From Stegostoma tigrinum (lineage: Eukaryota): a DNA stretch of 64,000 bases. Numbering within the stretch: the first letter of the stretch is position 1; every line of letters begins with the position of its first letter. Where the stretch lies: contig NC_081356.1 in NCBI RefSeq assembly GCF_030684315.1, positions 28,049,197 to 28,113,196 of the forward strand, read 5' to 3'. Of this stretch, positions 10,811 to 24,295 are shown one piece after another. A program made the translations under genes and the position numbers. The notes under the pieces were generated by a model. The model did not search any database, was not told the origin of the DNA, and saw only the letters and a list, made by a program, of their open reading frames with translations.

Positions 10811-11534
10811 GATGGTAACTTTTATAGAGTTTTTTTAAAATACAGATGGGCCGAACGACCTGTTTTGTGTTGTGAATTCCACGCAACTGTTGAGTTCTGA
10901 CCTCACGTCCCTTTTGCTGTCCGGCCTTCTTTCTCAGTTTCTTTGACTCGTTCTCTTCTAAATTTGAATCTTACAACACAGAAGGAGGCTATTTGGCCCT
11001 TAGTGTCTGTGCTGGATCTTTAAAGGTGTTATCCAATTAGGCGCATTCTCATTATTCTCTCCCTGGAGCCCTGCAATTTATTATATCATTTGTTTTATTT
11101 TGCTTCTCATTCCTTTGGTTTTAAACAATATTCTATGCAGACATTATCCTCACCTAACAATTTACATTTACATGTGCAAATTAAAGTTATGCAGTTTTAA
11201 TGCAATTGTGATGTATCTTTCTGAAGTTGCTGCTCCTGTAACATTTTAGCAGTTGCTACTTAGAGTGTTCATCTGTGAAATTCGTGATGGATCTTTTTAA
11301 AAACAGACATGGTGAACCAGCAGTTTTAACATTTCTAAATTTTAAAATCCCACTGAAGTTGTGAAGTATTGGATAGCATTGTGGGGATCTTGTACTCGTG
11401 ACACCGTGTGTCTTATAGAAGAGGATGCATGTAATATTCACGCATTGTCAAAGAATAAAGAATAGCAGGAACTTGTGTGGGATGATAGCAGAATTTCTGG
11501 AAATGTATGGCATATTGCTCAGCATCTAAAAGAA

Positions 11535-12175
11535 TGAGCTGTGCCTCACAAGGTAGCATTCCTGCCTCTGAGTCAGAAGGTTGTCCGTTTGAGGCCCACT
11601 ATGTAAACAATTAAAAAATACAAGCTGACACTTGGAATACAATGCTAAGGGAGGGCTGCACTGTCAACTGTGCTGTTTTCCGTCCCAGGTGGATCTGAGA
11701 TCCCCGGGACTAATTTTGAAGAACTAAAGAACTTTCCTTAGAATCATGACAAACATGATGTCCTTCAGTCACAGATTAATTGTCATGCTGTCTGTGGAAG
11801 TTAGGTAGAAGTGACTATGGAATGCTTTGAGTTGTCTCAAGGTTGTGAACGGTGCACGATAAATGCAAGATTTTTTTCTCTCTTTTTCTCTTCAACAACT
11901 TTCCACAATTCCACAAAGGAATATTTACAGCCAAGGCAATCCTGTTTGAAGTGTAGTCACTGTTGTAATGTCAGAAACACTACAGCCAATTTGAGCACAG
12001 TGAAAATGCATGAAGGGCAAAGTGATAACTACTAGATGAATTGCTTTGGTAATGTTGATTTGAAGGATAACTATTAGATACCAGGAAGAAATTCCCTGCC
12101 CTTTTGAAATAGTGCCATGCAGTCTTTTACACTGAATGAAGAGGATTCACAGGGTGACAGTTTAACATCTCATTC
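11535..12175. mobile_element. Two Deu-domain SINEs in opposite orientation (about 11535-11870 +, 11915-12175 -)
   Basis: GCCTCTGAGTCAGAAGGTTG head and GGGAGGGCTGCACTGTC...CAGGTGGATCTGAGATCCC Deu core; the second copy is reversed (GAAGTGTAGTCACTGTTGTAATG...GAAATAGTGCCATG). Confidence 0.6.
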
Positions 12176-12214
12176 GGTGGAAGGTGTAATCATTTAGGTA
12201 GTGCACCCTTAGTA

Positions 12215-13230
12215 GTTTTTTTAAATTCACTTGTGGGACACGGGCATCACTGGCCAACCAGAATTTTATTGCCCATCCTTAGTTGCTCTTCAGAAAGTGG
12301 TGGTGCGCTGCCTTCTTGAACCTCTGCAGTCCACGTGATGTGGGTTGACCCACAATGCTATCAAGGAGGGAACTCCAGGATGTTGACCCAGCGACAGTGA
12401 AGGAACAGAGATGTATTTCCAAGTCAGGATGGTGAGTGGCTTAGAGGGGAACATGCATTTGGTGGTTTCCCGTGTATCTGTTGCCCTTGTGATTCTGGAT
12501 GGAAATGGTTATGGATTTGGAAAGTTCTGTTTGAGGATCTTTGTGAATTTTTACAATGCGTCATGTGGATAGTACAGACTGCTGCTACTGAGCATTGGTG
12601 GTAGAGGAAAAAGATACTTGTGGATGTGATGCCGGTGAAGTGGGCAGCTTTGTCCTGGATGGTGTCAAGCTTTTTTTTAAATTGATGTTGGAGCTGCACG
12701 CATCCAGGCAAGTGAAGCAGTGTTTCATCGTACTCCTGTGCTTTGTGGATAGCAGCCAGGCTTTGGGGGGAGGTTGGGAATTGAGTTACTTGTTGTAGTG
12801 CTCCTAGCCTCAGACGTTCTCTTGTAGCCACTGTGTTTATGTAATGAGTTCAATTGAGTCCCTAGTCAATGGTAACTTCCAGGATGCTGATAGCGAGGGA
12901 GTGACACCATTAAATGTCAAGGGGAGTGATTAGATTGTTTGTTTCTTAGTGGAAATTGTCATTGCCTGGCATTTGTATGGCGCAAATTTTACTTGCCATT
13001 TGTCAGCCTAAGTCTGGACATTGTCGAAATCTTGCTGCACTTGAACGTGGACTGCTTCAGTATCCTAGGAGCAGCAAATGGTGTTGAGCATTATGTAATC
13101 ATTGGCAAACTTCTCCACTTCTAACCTTATAATAGAGGGAAGGTCATTGATGAAGCAGCTGAAGATGGTTGGGCCTAAGACATTACCCTGAAGAACTCCT
13201 TCTGAGATGTTCTGGAGGTAACGTGACTGA
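12215..13230 (-). mobile_element. CR1/Jockey-group LINE 3' fragment
   Basis: ORF 12424..12831(-) HKAQ...KKLDTIQDKAA...SVAAVCTI; 3' end GGATGGGCAATAAA. The same family occurs at about 20880-22270, 32840-33920 and 47105-47560. Confidence 0.75.
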
Positions 13231-14089
13231 CCTTCAACAGCGACTGCACTGGGAACATCAGTCTAGATATTGTTCTCGGTTGACCAAAGTGGGACTTGAA
13301 TCTACAACAGTTTGGCTGTGTTCAGAGCCACAGATAATGCACTGGGTAAAAAGACTCCTTAGCAGACCTGGAAAGGGAAAGAGAGTATCATCCCATCACA
13401 GGATATAAAAAAATGATAGTGGCAGGGGGCAATAAATGGCAGGTTTAAAACAAATGGGGAAGGGGTGACAAATCTGCAAAGGTTATCTCAGTCAGAAATT
13501 AAGAAGACATTAGAAAAGACAGATAAAGAAAACTGATTGAGGAATGTATTCAAGATCCTGAGCATATTTTCAGCGCACACTGGCAGTTCAAAAAGCCACT
13601 CACCATCACCACCTTAAGGGAAACCAGGGATGGGCACTACATGCTGGCGTGCGGACACCCACATTCCAAGTACTAATTTTGTTTAAAAATATAATGTGAA
13701 ATGATTAACTGGAATCAGCTGGGGCAGTAGCTACAATCAGAAATTGCTAAAGTAATTAATGATACAAAATTGTACTTGACATTTGCATTGTTTGGAATAT
13801 AGTGGAGGGCATCTGCAAACTGCTTGTACTGATGAATGGGGTTGGGGTTAGTTGGAATAGCATGACTGAGGAGACAATATCAAAGGAATACGTAGGACAT
13901 GTGACACAGAAACAGGGAATTGACTCCAACCAGCCCAGGCTGGTGTATATGCTCCTGTTGAGCCTTCTCCCATCTTTTCTCATCTAAACAGTTTATTGTA
14001 ACCCATCTCCTTCAAATATTAGCCTAATTTCCCTTAAACATATCTGTACCACAGATAGAGTACCTCAAATCTAACAATCTGGAAACTAA

Positions 14090-14248
14090 ACAACAAAAAA
14101 AATGCAGAAGCTGGAAATCAGAAACAACAGCAGAAATTGCTGGGAAAATGCTGAAGAAGGGTCACTGGACCCAAAACGTTAACTAAGCTTTCTCTCCATG
14201 TATGCTGCCAGACCTGCTGAGTTTTTCCATTAATTTCTGTAGTTGTAC
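14090..14248 (+). mobile_element. Short PLE terminal insertion (family A) with inverted 5' piece and 11-bp TSD
   Basis: TSD CTGGAAACTAA at 14079-14089 and 14249-14259; hammerhead-like CTGAAGAAGGGTCACTGGACCCAAAACGTTAACT at 14151-14184. Confidence 0.8.
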
Positions 14249-14782
14249 CTGGAAACTAAGTGCCCAATAACCAAATGTAAAATAATGTGGGAAAATGTGA
14301 GGTTATGCATTTTGGCCAGGAAGAATAAAAGAGTACTATTTAAATAGAGAAAGACTGCTGAAAGCTGCAGACCAGAGGTATTTGAGTGTCCTCCTGCACA
14401 GATCAATAAAACCTATAATCCACAGTCATGAGTAATAGGGAAGTCAAGTGGAATGCTAGCCTGCATTTCAAAACAATAGAGTATAAAAGTAGAAAAGTTT
14501 TGCTAAAATTATAGAAAACAATAAATAGTCAGACCACAGCTGAAAAGCTGTGAACAGTTTTGGGCCCTTATCTAAGGATGGTTATACAGGCATTAGAAGC
14601 AGTCAAGAGAAAGCTCACTAGATTGATTCCAGGAATGGAGGGACTATCTTTTGAGGAGAGGTCGAGTAGACTGGGCCTGTGTTCTTTGGAGTATAGAAGC
14701 ATATTAGAGGTTACCTAATTGAAATTTACAAGACTCTTCGAGGACTTGTCAGGGTAGATGTGGAATGTTTGTCTAACCTTTG

Positions 14783-15092
14783 GGGTGGCGCGGTGGCTCA
14801 GTGGTTAGCACTGCAGCCTCACAGCGCTGGGGACCCGGGTTCAATTCCAGCCTTGGGCGACTGTCTGTGCGGAGTTTGTGTATTCTCCCCATGTCTGCGT
14901 GGGTTTCCTCCAGGTGCTCCAGTTTCCTCCCACAGTCCAAAGATGTGCTGGGTAGGTGGATCGGCCATGCTAAATTGCTCGTAGTGTTCAGGGATGTGTC
15001 GGTTATAGGGGGATGGTCTGGGTGGGATGCTTCAAGGGGCGGTGTGGACTTGTTGGGCTGAAGGGCCTGTTTCCAAACTGTAGGGAATCGTA
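14783..15092 (+). mobile_element. Full-length V-SINE (HE1-like)
   Basis: Box A TGGCTCAGTGG, box B GGTTCAATTCC, V-domain GTGGGTTTCCTCCAGGTGCTCCAGTTTCCTCCCACAGTCCAAAGATGTG, and CR1-derived tail GGGCTGAAGGGCCTGTTTCC. Confidence 0.88.
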
Positions 15093-15246
15093 TCTAGTCT
15101 AGGATGAGAGGGCATAAATTTCAGAATAAAGACACAGATGAGGAGGAATTTCTTCTGAGTGTTGTGAATCTGTGGAATTCTTTAATGGAGAGGGTTGTTG
15201 AGGCTGGGTCATTAAGTGCATTCAAGGCTGAGATGTACAGATTGTT

Positions 15247-15395
15247 AGAGATAGTAGGAACTGCAGATACTGGAGAATCTGAGATAACAAGGTGTGGAGC
15301 TGGATGAACAAAGCAGGCCAAGCAGCATCTTAGGAGCAGGAAAGCTGATATTTTGGGCCTAGACCCTTCTGAAGCTTGAGCTTTCCTGCTCCTAA
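15247..15395 (-). mobile_element. PLE terminal insertion (family B) with short inverted piece
   Basis: Matches the 51428-51550 terminus; flanked by an imperfect TSD AGATTGTTA / AGATTTTTA. Confidence 0.75.
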
Positions 15396-16174
15396 GATTT
15401 TTAATTAGTAAGTGAATTGAGGAAACGGTAAGAAATTGGAGTTGAGAATTATCAGATCGTGACCATGATCTTACTGAATGGCAGATCAGACTCAATGGGT
15501 TAAATACTTCTGCTCTTATGTCTTATGAGTGCATAGTTTTTATAAGCTGCCATGTGTTAATTTTAATTAAGTACAATTTAAGAAAACTTACCTAGACAAT
15601 TCAGCTAAGACCAGAGGGGCTCGGGACCAGTTACTAGCTTTACTGCTTTGCCCTGCATGCCAATCAAACCTCAAGCCCACCTGACACGGCTTGACCTGAA
15701 ATATTGTAAATTCAGAATCCAGTGTAGCCTTGATCTCAAGGGTACGGTATTTGAGATATTGCACCTGTGTAACCATTTCTTGTGGTAACAATTTCCTCAT
15801 TTGCACCACTCTTTGATTAAATAGATTTCTCGTGAATTCCCTATTGGATTACCTACCTTATATTAATACTTGCTTCATTACAAGAGGAAACTCTGTCTTT
15901 GCATCCACTTTATCAACATCTTAGAAACTTTTAAAGACTTCTAATAAGCCACTCTTCAGCTGCCTTTTTATCCCCTGAAGAACAGTGAGCCAACTTAGCT
16001 AGCCTTTCTTGATGTGTGTATCCATGGATTTCTGGTACTATTCTTTGTAAGTTTTATCTTCACCCTCTCTAGTTCCTCTGTATTTCTTCAAAAGACAAAG
16101 TTCATTTAAATAATACATGTAACATTAGAAAAAAACAAACTGGGACACTTCATACAAGTGAACACTGTGCCCAT

Positions 16175-17100
16175 AATCATTGTGGTTAATGCACAGAAAG
16201 AGGTTCTTTGATCCATTGAGTACATGCCAGCTTTATATAAAACAAACCAGCCAATCCCATTTCTCCCACCCAGTCCCTGTGCCAGTGCAAATTTTTTTTC
16301 TCCCAAGTGCCTATCTAATTTCCTTTTGAAACCATTTATTGCCTCTGCTACCAGCCTCATGGGGAGAGAGCGCCAGGTCATTACAGCTTGTTGCATAAAA
16401 ATGTTCTTCCTCATGTTTCACAATCCCTCCCCCATTTTCATGGTATTTGTTGCCCAAAACATTATCTCTCTGTCCCTGAGTGTTGGAAAGCAGGTTTTCT
16501 TTGATTACTTGTCAAAACCTGACATAGTCTTATACACCTCTGTCAAACCTCCCCTCTATCTCCTTGCATTCACAAACAGCCCTAATTTCTCCAACCTAAC
16601 CTTGTAGCTAAAGCTCATCGCAAGAAGTATTCTGGTAAACCTCATCTGCGCCTTCTTGAGGGTTCACATCCTTCCTAATATGGAGGCAATCAGAACTGCA
16701 TGCACTGCTCTGGTCATAGCCTAACCAGAGCTTTGTAAAGATTCAAATGAACTTCCCTGATGTTGTACCCACTATCCTTTTCTAATAAAATCTAAGATCC
16801 CATGTTCTTTATTAATTGTTCTCTCAACATATCTGCTACCTTTTCGAATCTATGCATGTGAGCCCTCCGGGTGCCTCTGCCCCTGACCACTCTTTAAAAC
16901 TGTGCCATTCAGTTAATAGTACCTTCTCCTATTGCTGCTGCCAAAATGCATGACCTAACGCTTTCGTGTATTAAATTCCATCTGCCATTTGTCCGCCCAT
17001 TTGTCAACCCTGTTGATGCATTTGATTGACGTTATCTTGCCACACTTGCCACCCGTCCAAGCTTGGGACAAGCAGCACTTTTTGAAATTTTACTCTGTTA
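16175..17100 (-). mobile_element. CR1 3' fragment
   Basis: ORF 16106..16414(-) MRKNIFMQQAVMTWRSLP...FKRKLDRHL. Confidence 0.75.
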
Positions 17101-17709
17101 ACTCTGGATTTTGAAATACATTCTTAGGTCTCTATTCTGTGTACTTAAGAACAGTTATCGAGGCTAAATGTCGTGAATTGTTTGGTAATTGCATAACTTG
17201 TTTGCTTGTGTGCACACATTTGTGGTATAACTCCTTTGGCCTTGATGTCATGTTGCTTTGAAGTGGGATTGTTGAACTTTTGGGATGGTGTTTTCCCTCA
17301 TCTGCCTATTCATAATAACATGGGTTTTCTGGGACAACTCTTCACTTAGCAGCTAGTGCTGTGTTTTCAGATTACAAATAGTTTAAAACATGTGCAATTG
17401 GGGAGCACACTTCTCTGCGACTTGCAGAATTGCTGAAATGTGTTACAAGATAAGGCATGAACAGCTTGTATTTAGGACTGTGATGTTAACTTTGAACTTA
17501 ATTTCTTTATTTTTCTACCTATACTAAGAACTTAAACTAATGCTTTACCTTTAGCTTTGTTTCTCTAAAATGGCACCATGTGTAGTGACGTTCACTGCAC
17601 TCTTGTACTTGTGTACTTGAGTATATGTGACAATAAAGCTTAAATCAAATCAAATGTATGAGTAAAATGTTACAAAGCAGTTCACATAAAACATGTCGGG
17701 CAAAATTTG

Positions 17710-17937
17710 ACACACAGAGGTCCAGCAGCATCTGTGAAGGGGAAAAGCAGAATTAACGTTTCAGGTCCAGTGACCCTTCCCCAGAACTGGGGAACCATTC
17801 TGAGGAAAGGTCACCAGACCCGCGACATTAACTCTGATTTTTTTTTTCTTCACAGATGCTGCCAAACCTGCTGAGCTTTTCCAGAAACTACTGCTTTTTT
17901 CCCTACTTTACAGCACCCGCAGTTCTTTCAGTTTTTT
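17710..17937. mobile_element. Palindromic PLE insertion (family A) with two inverted hammerhead motifs
   Basis: Motif on - at about 17752-17789 and on + at about 17798-17833; AAAATTTG on both flanks (17702-17709, 17938-17945). Confidence 0.75.
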
Positions 17938-18599
17938 AAAATTTGTTGCTCAGCTACATAAAGAGATATTAGGACAGGCAAGAGGAAGGATATGCTGGAA
18001 GTAAGAAAGTGGGAAGCTCCCCTGGAGCATAAACACTTGCTTGGACCAGTGAGGCTAGAAGGCCTGTGTTTTTTCTTGGTCTGTTAGCTTCAAATCAAAT
18101 ATATTCTAAATATAGGTAATATCATGTGGAGAAAGGCAGGCATTTGGTTGAAGTTTTAGCCCCAGCCAGGACCTGACATGCTGTAACTATCAGTTGGCCT
18201 GTGGGTTGTTTTGTGCCATTTGCAACAGTATTCAAAAATTGATCTTCCTTTTGCAGGTAACATTATATGTAATGAGAATTGTGGATAGGAGTTTTACAAT
18301 TTGTCCTGTGGTAGGAACAGTACAAGATGTCACCAATAATTTGTTCCATTTTTGATTTGCTTTTGCTTTCTTCTTGCAATTGTGGGCACAAAAAAAAATA
18401 CAAGGCAAGGCTGGAATAATTGGTAGCTGAAAGGTTAGGTTGTTGGATAATGTGTGGACATTATCAAGACTGTTGAGGAGGATGAGGAATTTTCCATGCA
18501 AAAATGTGGGTTGGTCATGGTGATCAGGGTAAGGTACCAGGGAGACCAAGCTTGGAATAGAGTATACATTCATTTAGTCATGTAGAGAATTCAGTGGAG

Positions 18600-20480
18600 A
18601 GATCAACCTTTGTGCCATTGAATGAATGTAATCGGTTTCTTGCGTGAGAATGTCTACCCCAGGCACTTTTGTTGTACAGACTGTACGGGAGTGCTGAGAA
18701 ACAGTAATATGTCTGGTTGACTGACTGGTTCACATGATATAACTTGCCATTGCATGAGATTGGTATGTATTTCTATAGCTTAAGAGATCCGAAAGTTCTC
18801 AATGTACACCTGTGCTTTAGGCAAGGGCGGAACAGAAGATTCCTTTTCAGGTGTAGGAAGATTTGGCAGATCTGAGTTATTTATAGAAAGTTTAATTCGC
18901 TGCACACCATCGATCTCAAAACGAAGATATGGTCACTTGTTTCCTCTGTTCCATGAGTAATTGCTAGCTGAAACTTAGCATTTGCAGACCCTCCAAAGCA
19001 GTGGGACAACTATATACAGGTTGAAATATTTAACAGATTTTCCCAGAACAACATTTGAGCAAGTTATGCTTGGTTATATACATCTTTCAGATGCAACAAT
19101 AGATCTTCCATTATTACACATAAAGAGCAACAATTTGCATTTATTATAATGCTTTTAATATCGTAAAGCATCCTAGAGCACTTTATTTCAATAGTTGTAG
19201 AACAATATTTGGGATTGAACCACGTAATCAGATATTAGGTGACCAAAAACGTAGGCTTTAAGGAGTATCTTACACTCCTTAAAAAGAAAGAAGGGGTCAA
19301 TGCATTAGTATTTACAATTTGCTGTCCCGTCAATGCTATAGCACCCCTTGGGAAGCAAATGATCTTACCAGGTGACTGAATACCAAGAGAATATCCAAGA
19401 CTCTGAAAAAGCTCCCAATCTTCCCCAAAATTGCCTCTCTTGGCATTGAGCAGCCCTCTGGTTTTGTGGTAATAGGGCTTGCTCTCTGAGTCTTAAAACT
19501 TAATGTTGCGGTGCAACTGGCCACCAAGTAAAAACTGTTTGAATGTCTTGCCACCCAACACTCCATTGACATCGGCTTCAAGAGAAATAGGTCACTATTG
19601 TATCAAAGAGTTGAGAAAGGCTAAACACGGTTGGGTCACCTATCTCTGACACAGCATTATCGAAGCAGCCACCTGTCTTGAATCACATTCTGTGACACAG
19701 TTTGGTTTGATGGTTTCCATATTGCAATTGTGTTCAGGTGCCAAATGCCAGCTGGGAGCAGCCAGTACCACAAATACTGCCTCACTCAACCACCTGTGTG
19801 GCACCAGTCACCCACACTGGCTCAGCTTATTCACCAAACAGTGATGGTAAGCAGCTCCTAGCGTGGGTCTGTCTCAGCCTGATACGTGAGCCATTTGGGG
19901 TTGGCACAGAACTGAAGAAAGTATTAAGGGGCCTGAAATGTGGGAAAGCAGCAGAATGTGCCACTACACCAGAATTCCTGAAATAATTTGGCTCCCATGT
20001 TTGTGCCTGGCTGACCCAGTTCTACAGAAGCATCAACTCAGACTCACTCCCAAAGATGTTGAGCACAACAAAAATCACTGCCATTCCCAAAATCCTGAAA
20101 CTATTTTGCCCTTGGCAGCCAACTATTGACCAACTTCACTTTGTTCTGTGTGCTATAAGATCTTTGAGACACGTATCGTGAAACATATCCCCAGTAGTAG
20201 AGACTAACCTTAATGTCAAACAGGCAGTTTCTGTAAGGGGTACAGCACTTATAATCACATTCACCACCTATATCAAAGGTTGTTTCCTAAAGAACCTGAA
20301 GATAGCATAGTGCCACAGGATCGGCAGTCGTCTATGATACACTGCCCCGCTCCTGAAGCTGTCCAGTCTGCATTGGAACCATGGTAGGGAAACCTAGAAC
20401 CTGCTCACAATATATCCCTGCTGCAAAAACAGGAAATGGCATATGCAGGACAAAACTTAAGGGTTCAGGCCTTTGCTGTT
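18600..20480 (+). mobile_element. Highly decayed non-LTR retrotransposon (EN-RT), clade uncertain
   Basis: Fragmentary QAxFRKGYST..H-like motif near 20215-20260 and P.SQH..I.IG-like motif near 19550; many stops. Confidence 0.35.
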
Positions 20481-20879
20481 ACTTTTGTAATGATGGTGAT
20501 TTCCAACCTCTTGACAAAAATTTAGGCCAATGTGTACTTGTCTGAGCTGTGTTCTAATGGTGTAAAATAATATGTGGGATATTCCAAGATTTATCGTTCA
20601 AATCATCATTCTTCCTTCTTCACAAAAATGATGTGGATTCAGTACCGAACAATCAGATTTGGAAAATGTCACCAGACCGGGATGAGATTTTTCTTCATCT
20701 TAGCTCGAAATGCTTGATCTCTAATCCTGAGACTGTGATCCTTAGTTGTAGACTTTCCAGTCAGGGGAAGCAGACTCTCAACTGAGCGAAGTAGTGAGTT
20801 GTTCTTTCTCCTGTTAAATCCCCTAAGAATTTTGTGTTGTGACCAGTATCTCTCATTCTTCTAAGCTCCAAATACACTT

Positions 20880-22270
20880 TTTTCTTATTCATTCATAGGA
20901 TATGGTGTCACTGGTTAGGCTGACATTTATTGCCCATCCCTAATTCCCCTTGAAAAGTTGGTAATAAGCTGTTTTCAGAACTACTTAATTCCACTTGATG
21001 TAAGTACACTTTCAGTGCTGTTAGGGAGGGGATTACTAGATTTTGACATAGCAAAATGGTTCCAAGTCAAGATAGATGTGCCTTGGAGAGGAAGCTTGCT
21101 GGTGGAAGTTTTCCCATTACATTTGTCACTGTTGGCCTTCTAGGTTGTAGAGATCATGGGTGTGCAAGGTTTTGTCTAAGGAACCATGGTGAACTGATGC
21201 GATGTATCTTGCAGATAGTTCTTATGATGCCACTATACGTTGGTGGTGAAGGGACCAGATGCTGAAGGTTTCAGATGTGATCTCAGTCAAACTGGCTGCT
21301 GTATTCTGGACAGTGTCAAGCATCTTCAGTGTTGGAGCTCTGTACATGCTGACAGTGAATAGTATTCGCATACTCTAGACTGAACTTGTGCATTGTAGAT
21401 GGTGGACAGGTTTTGAGGAGGCAAGTGGTAAGTTACTCACTGAAGAATTTCCAGCCTTCAACCTGCCAGTTTTAGCCACAGTACTTATATGATTGGTCTG
21501 GTTCAGTTTCTGGTCAGTGATAGCCCCAGGATGTTGATATTGGGTGATTCTGTGACAGTGATGGAAATGCTGCTGAATGTCAAGGAGCAATTGCTGGGAT
21601 TCTAACTTGTTAGAGATGGGGTCACTGCATGCCATTTGTATGTGAATGTGACTTGTGATAGATCAGCTGAAGCCTGAATGTTGTCTGTGCTGCATTCTGA
21701 CATGGATTGATTCAGCATCTGAATAATTGTGAATGCTGCAGAATGTTGTGAAGTCTTTACCTTTGATCAGATGGTGGAGAAAAGATCATTGAAGCAGCTG
21801 ATGATAGTTTGAGCAAGGACATTCTCCTGAGGAACCCCTGCAGAGATGTCCTGGGACTGAGATGATTGCCATCCAACAACCGCACCCATCTTTCTTTGAA
21901 CTTGGTTTGATTTTCACCAGTGAAGATTTTTCTCCCTGATTCCCACTTTTGCAAGGGCATTTTGATGCTAAATTCAGTCAAATGCTGCCTTAATATCAAA
22001 GGCAGTTGACCTTACTTCCCTCTAATTTAGCTCTTATCTCCATGTTTTAATTAAGGCTGTTATTGGGTCAGGAACTCAATGGACCTGGCAGAACCCAAAC
22101 TGAGCACCTTGAGCAGGTTATTGTTGAGTAGGTGTTGCTTGAAAGTGCTGTCAGAAGCCCCTTGCATTATTTTGCTGATGATTGATTGAGATGGATTCAT
22201 CCTGATTTTGTGGACAGGACGTATCTCAGTAATTTTTCACATTATCAGGTAGATGCCTGTGTTGTAATAA
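20880..22270 (-). mobile_element. CR1/Jockey-group LINE fragment
   Basis: Same family as 12215-13230 (TTTATTGCCCATCCCTAATT end; ILRQHLTEF / DQKLN motifs). Confidence 0.7.
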
Positions 22271-23409
22271 GCCCAATCTCTAAACTTGTTAAATCTTGTG
22301 CATTTTCATTTCATCCCTTCAAATGCAAATATAGACTTCCTGAGGTAAGGAGACCAAAACTCATCGCAGTACTCTAGATGCTGTATAACTTATAGCAAGA
22401 CTTCTTTCCATTTATATCCTGCCTCTTCTTGTGCAAACGAAAGATGGAAGAAGACTGGGGAGAGGCCGACAGAATTTACCATAGGACAACTGAAGGCATT
22501 TTTGCTGACTATGAACTAATGAAAACTGAGATCTGCAGTAAACTCTTTGCAAACAACTCTTGGGATTGCACCATGTCTTCAGGTTGTCTTTATTTAACAA
22601 CAGTCTTTTCCTGACCTGATAACATTTGGCTGAATTCGTAGTTCAGAACAAAGCAAAACGATTTCCAGTATAATATAAAGTGTTGAATTTGAGAATTTTG
22701 CATTGAGAAAAAAGAATTCTGTGTCTAGTTAATGAAACTTGAAGATATCATTTACTAGATGTGGGATGTAATCTGAACGCATCCATACAGCCACTGCAGT
22801 CAGTTCCAGTGATCTTCTAGTCAGATGAGGCATATATGACGGACTCATGGCTATCTGTGCACACGCAAAATGTCTGTGGCTTAGGTTTTGTAGTCAGTGG
22901 TGAAGTCGTGGCAGTCACCACTGTGATTGAAAGAAACTGCTCACAATTATCTAGTTCTGTGGCTGTTTTATAAGGTATAGTTTTGAAGGATTTAATGCTC
23001 ACATTATATTGAGCTCCATCCAAATGATGAAATGTCCCAGTCTGCGGGTGGAGTTAGATGATTACCTGAAAGGAGCAGGTGTATTTTTTTTATAGCTATG
23101 AAGAGTCCTTAGTCATTATGCCTAACAAGTTCCTGTAAAATCTGTTATTATCATGCAAAAAACGACCTTATTATCCAAGCCGAATACCTTGTCAGTTCAG
23201 GCTTACCACAGGTCTATCCTCCTACCATTGATAATTAGATGTACCGTAGAATCAGCATAGAGGATTGGTGAGAGTGAAACCAGAGTACCGTGCACTGTGG
23301 CAATGGTATCTGAAAACACATGGCTTAGGTAATCCCTATTAAGGATGTTAATTTCCACTTGGCGTCATCTGTATTGCATCTGTGGCACCCAGAAACATTG
23401 ATGTCATCA

Positions 23410-24295
23410 AGCTGGCATGGTGGATAGTGAAGAAGGTTACCTCAAAGTACAAAGGGACCTTGATCAGATGGGCCACGGAGTGGCAGATAGAGTTCACTTT
23501 AGACAAATGTGAGGTGCTGCATTTTGGAAAAGCAAATTAGGGCAGGGATTACACACTTAATGGTGAGGTCCTGGGGAGTGTTGCTAAACAAAGAGACTTT
23601 GGCATGCAGGTTCATAGTTTTTTGAAAGTGGCGTCCCAGGTAGACAAGATAGTGAAGGTGGCATTTGGAATGCTTGCCTTTCTTAGTCAGTGCATTGAGT
23701 ATAGGAGTTAGGTGATCATGTTGCGGCTATACAGGACAGTGATTAGGCCACTAATGGAATCCTGTGTGCAATTCTGGCCTCCCTGCTATAGGAAGGATGT
23801 TGTGAACTTGACAGGGTTCAGAAAAGATTTACATGGATGTCGCCAGGGTTGGAGTGTTTGAGCTATAGGGAGAGGCTGAATAGGCTGGGCAATTTTCCCT
23901 GGGGCAGGGTCGGAGGCTGAGGGGTGACTTTTGTAGAGGTTTATGAAATCATGAGGGGTAAGGATAGGGTGAATAGCCAAGGTTTTTTTCCCTGGCGTGG
24001 GGGTGTCCAAAACTAAAGGACATAGATTTAAGGTGAGGGGGCAGCGATTTAGAAGAGATCTAAGGGGAAACCTTTTCATGCAGAGGTTGGTGCATTTGTG
24101 GAATGAGCTGCCAAAGGAAGTGGTGCAGGCTGGTACACTTACAACATTTAAAATGCATCTGGATGAAAATAGAAAGGCTTTAGAGGAATATGGTCCAAAT
24201 GCTGGCAAATGGACTAGATTTATTTGGGATATCTGGTTGGCGTGGACAAGTTAGACCGAAGGGTCTGTTTCCATGCCATGCTGCTCTATGACTCC
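23410..24295 (+). mobile_element. CR1 3' fragment
   Basis: DKCEVLHFG; ORF 23997..24254 KTKGHRFKVRGQRFRRDLRGNLFMQRLVHLWNELP; tail CTCTATGACTC. Confidence 0.85.

Larger units (their letters stand above)
9350..10900 (+). promoter_or_regulatory. ENTREP1: CpG-enriched promoter/first-exon region of ENTREP1
   Basis: Many more CpG dinucleotides than the CpG-depleted flanks (judged by eye); surrounds the first coding exon; GC box GGGGCGGAG at about 10632. The TSS cannot be determined from sequence. Confidence 0.55.
14270..15530 (+). mobile_element. CR1 3' fragment interrupted by a V-SINE and a PLE terminus
   Basis: KCEVMHFG, VRPQL..CEQFWA and VVNLWNSL motifs; insertions at 14783-15092 and about 15247-15395. 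Confidence 0.8.

Noticed and set aside
14783-14860. tRNA gene (box A and box B present)
   Set aside because: Continues into the V-domain and CR1-type tail; it is the head of a SINE
22430-23400. Coding-looking segment of unknown origin
   Set aside because: No recognisable motif or splice-consistent frame; possibly an old TE, but I cannot support a call
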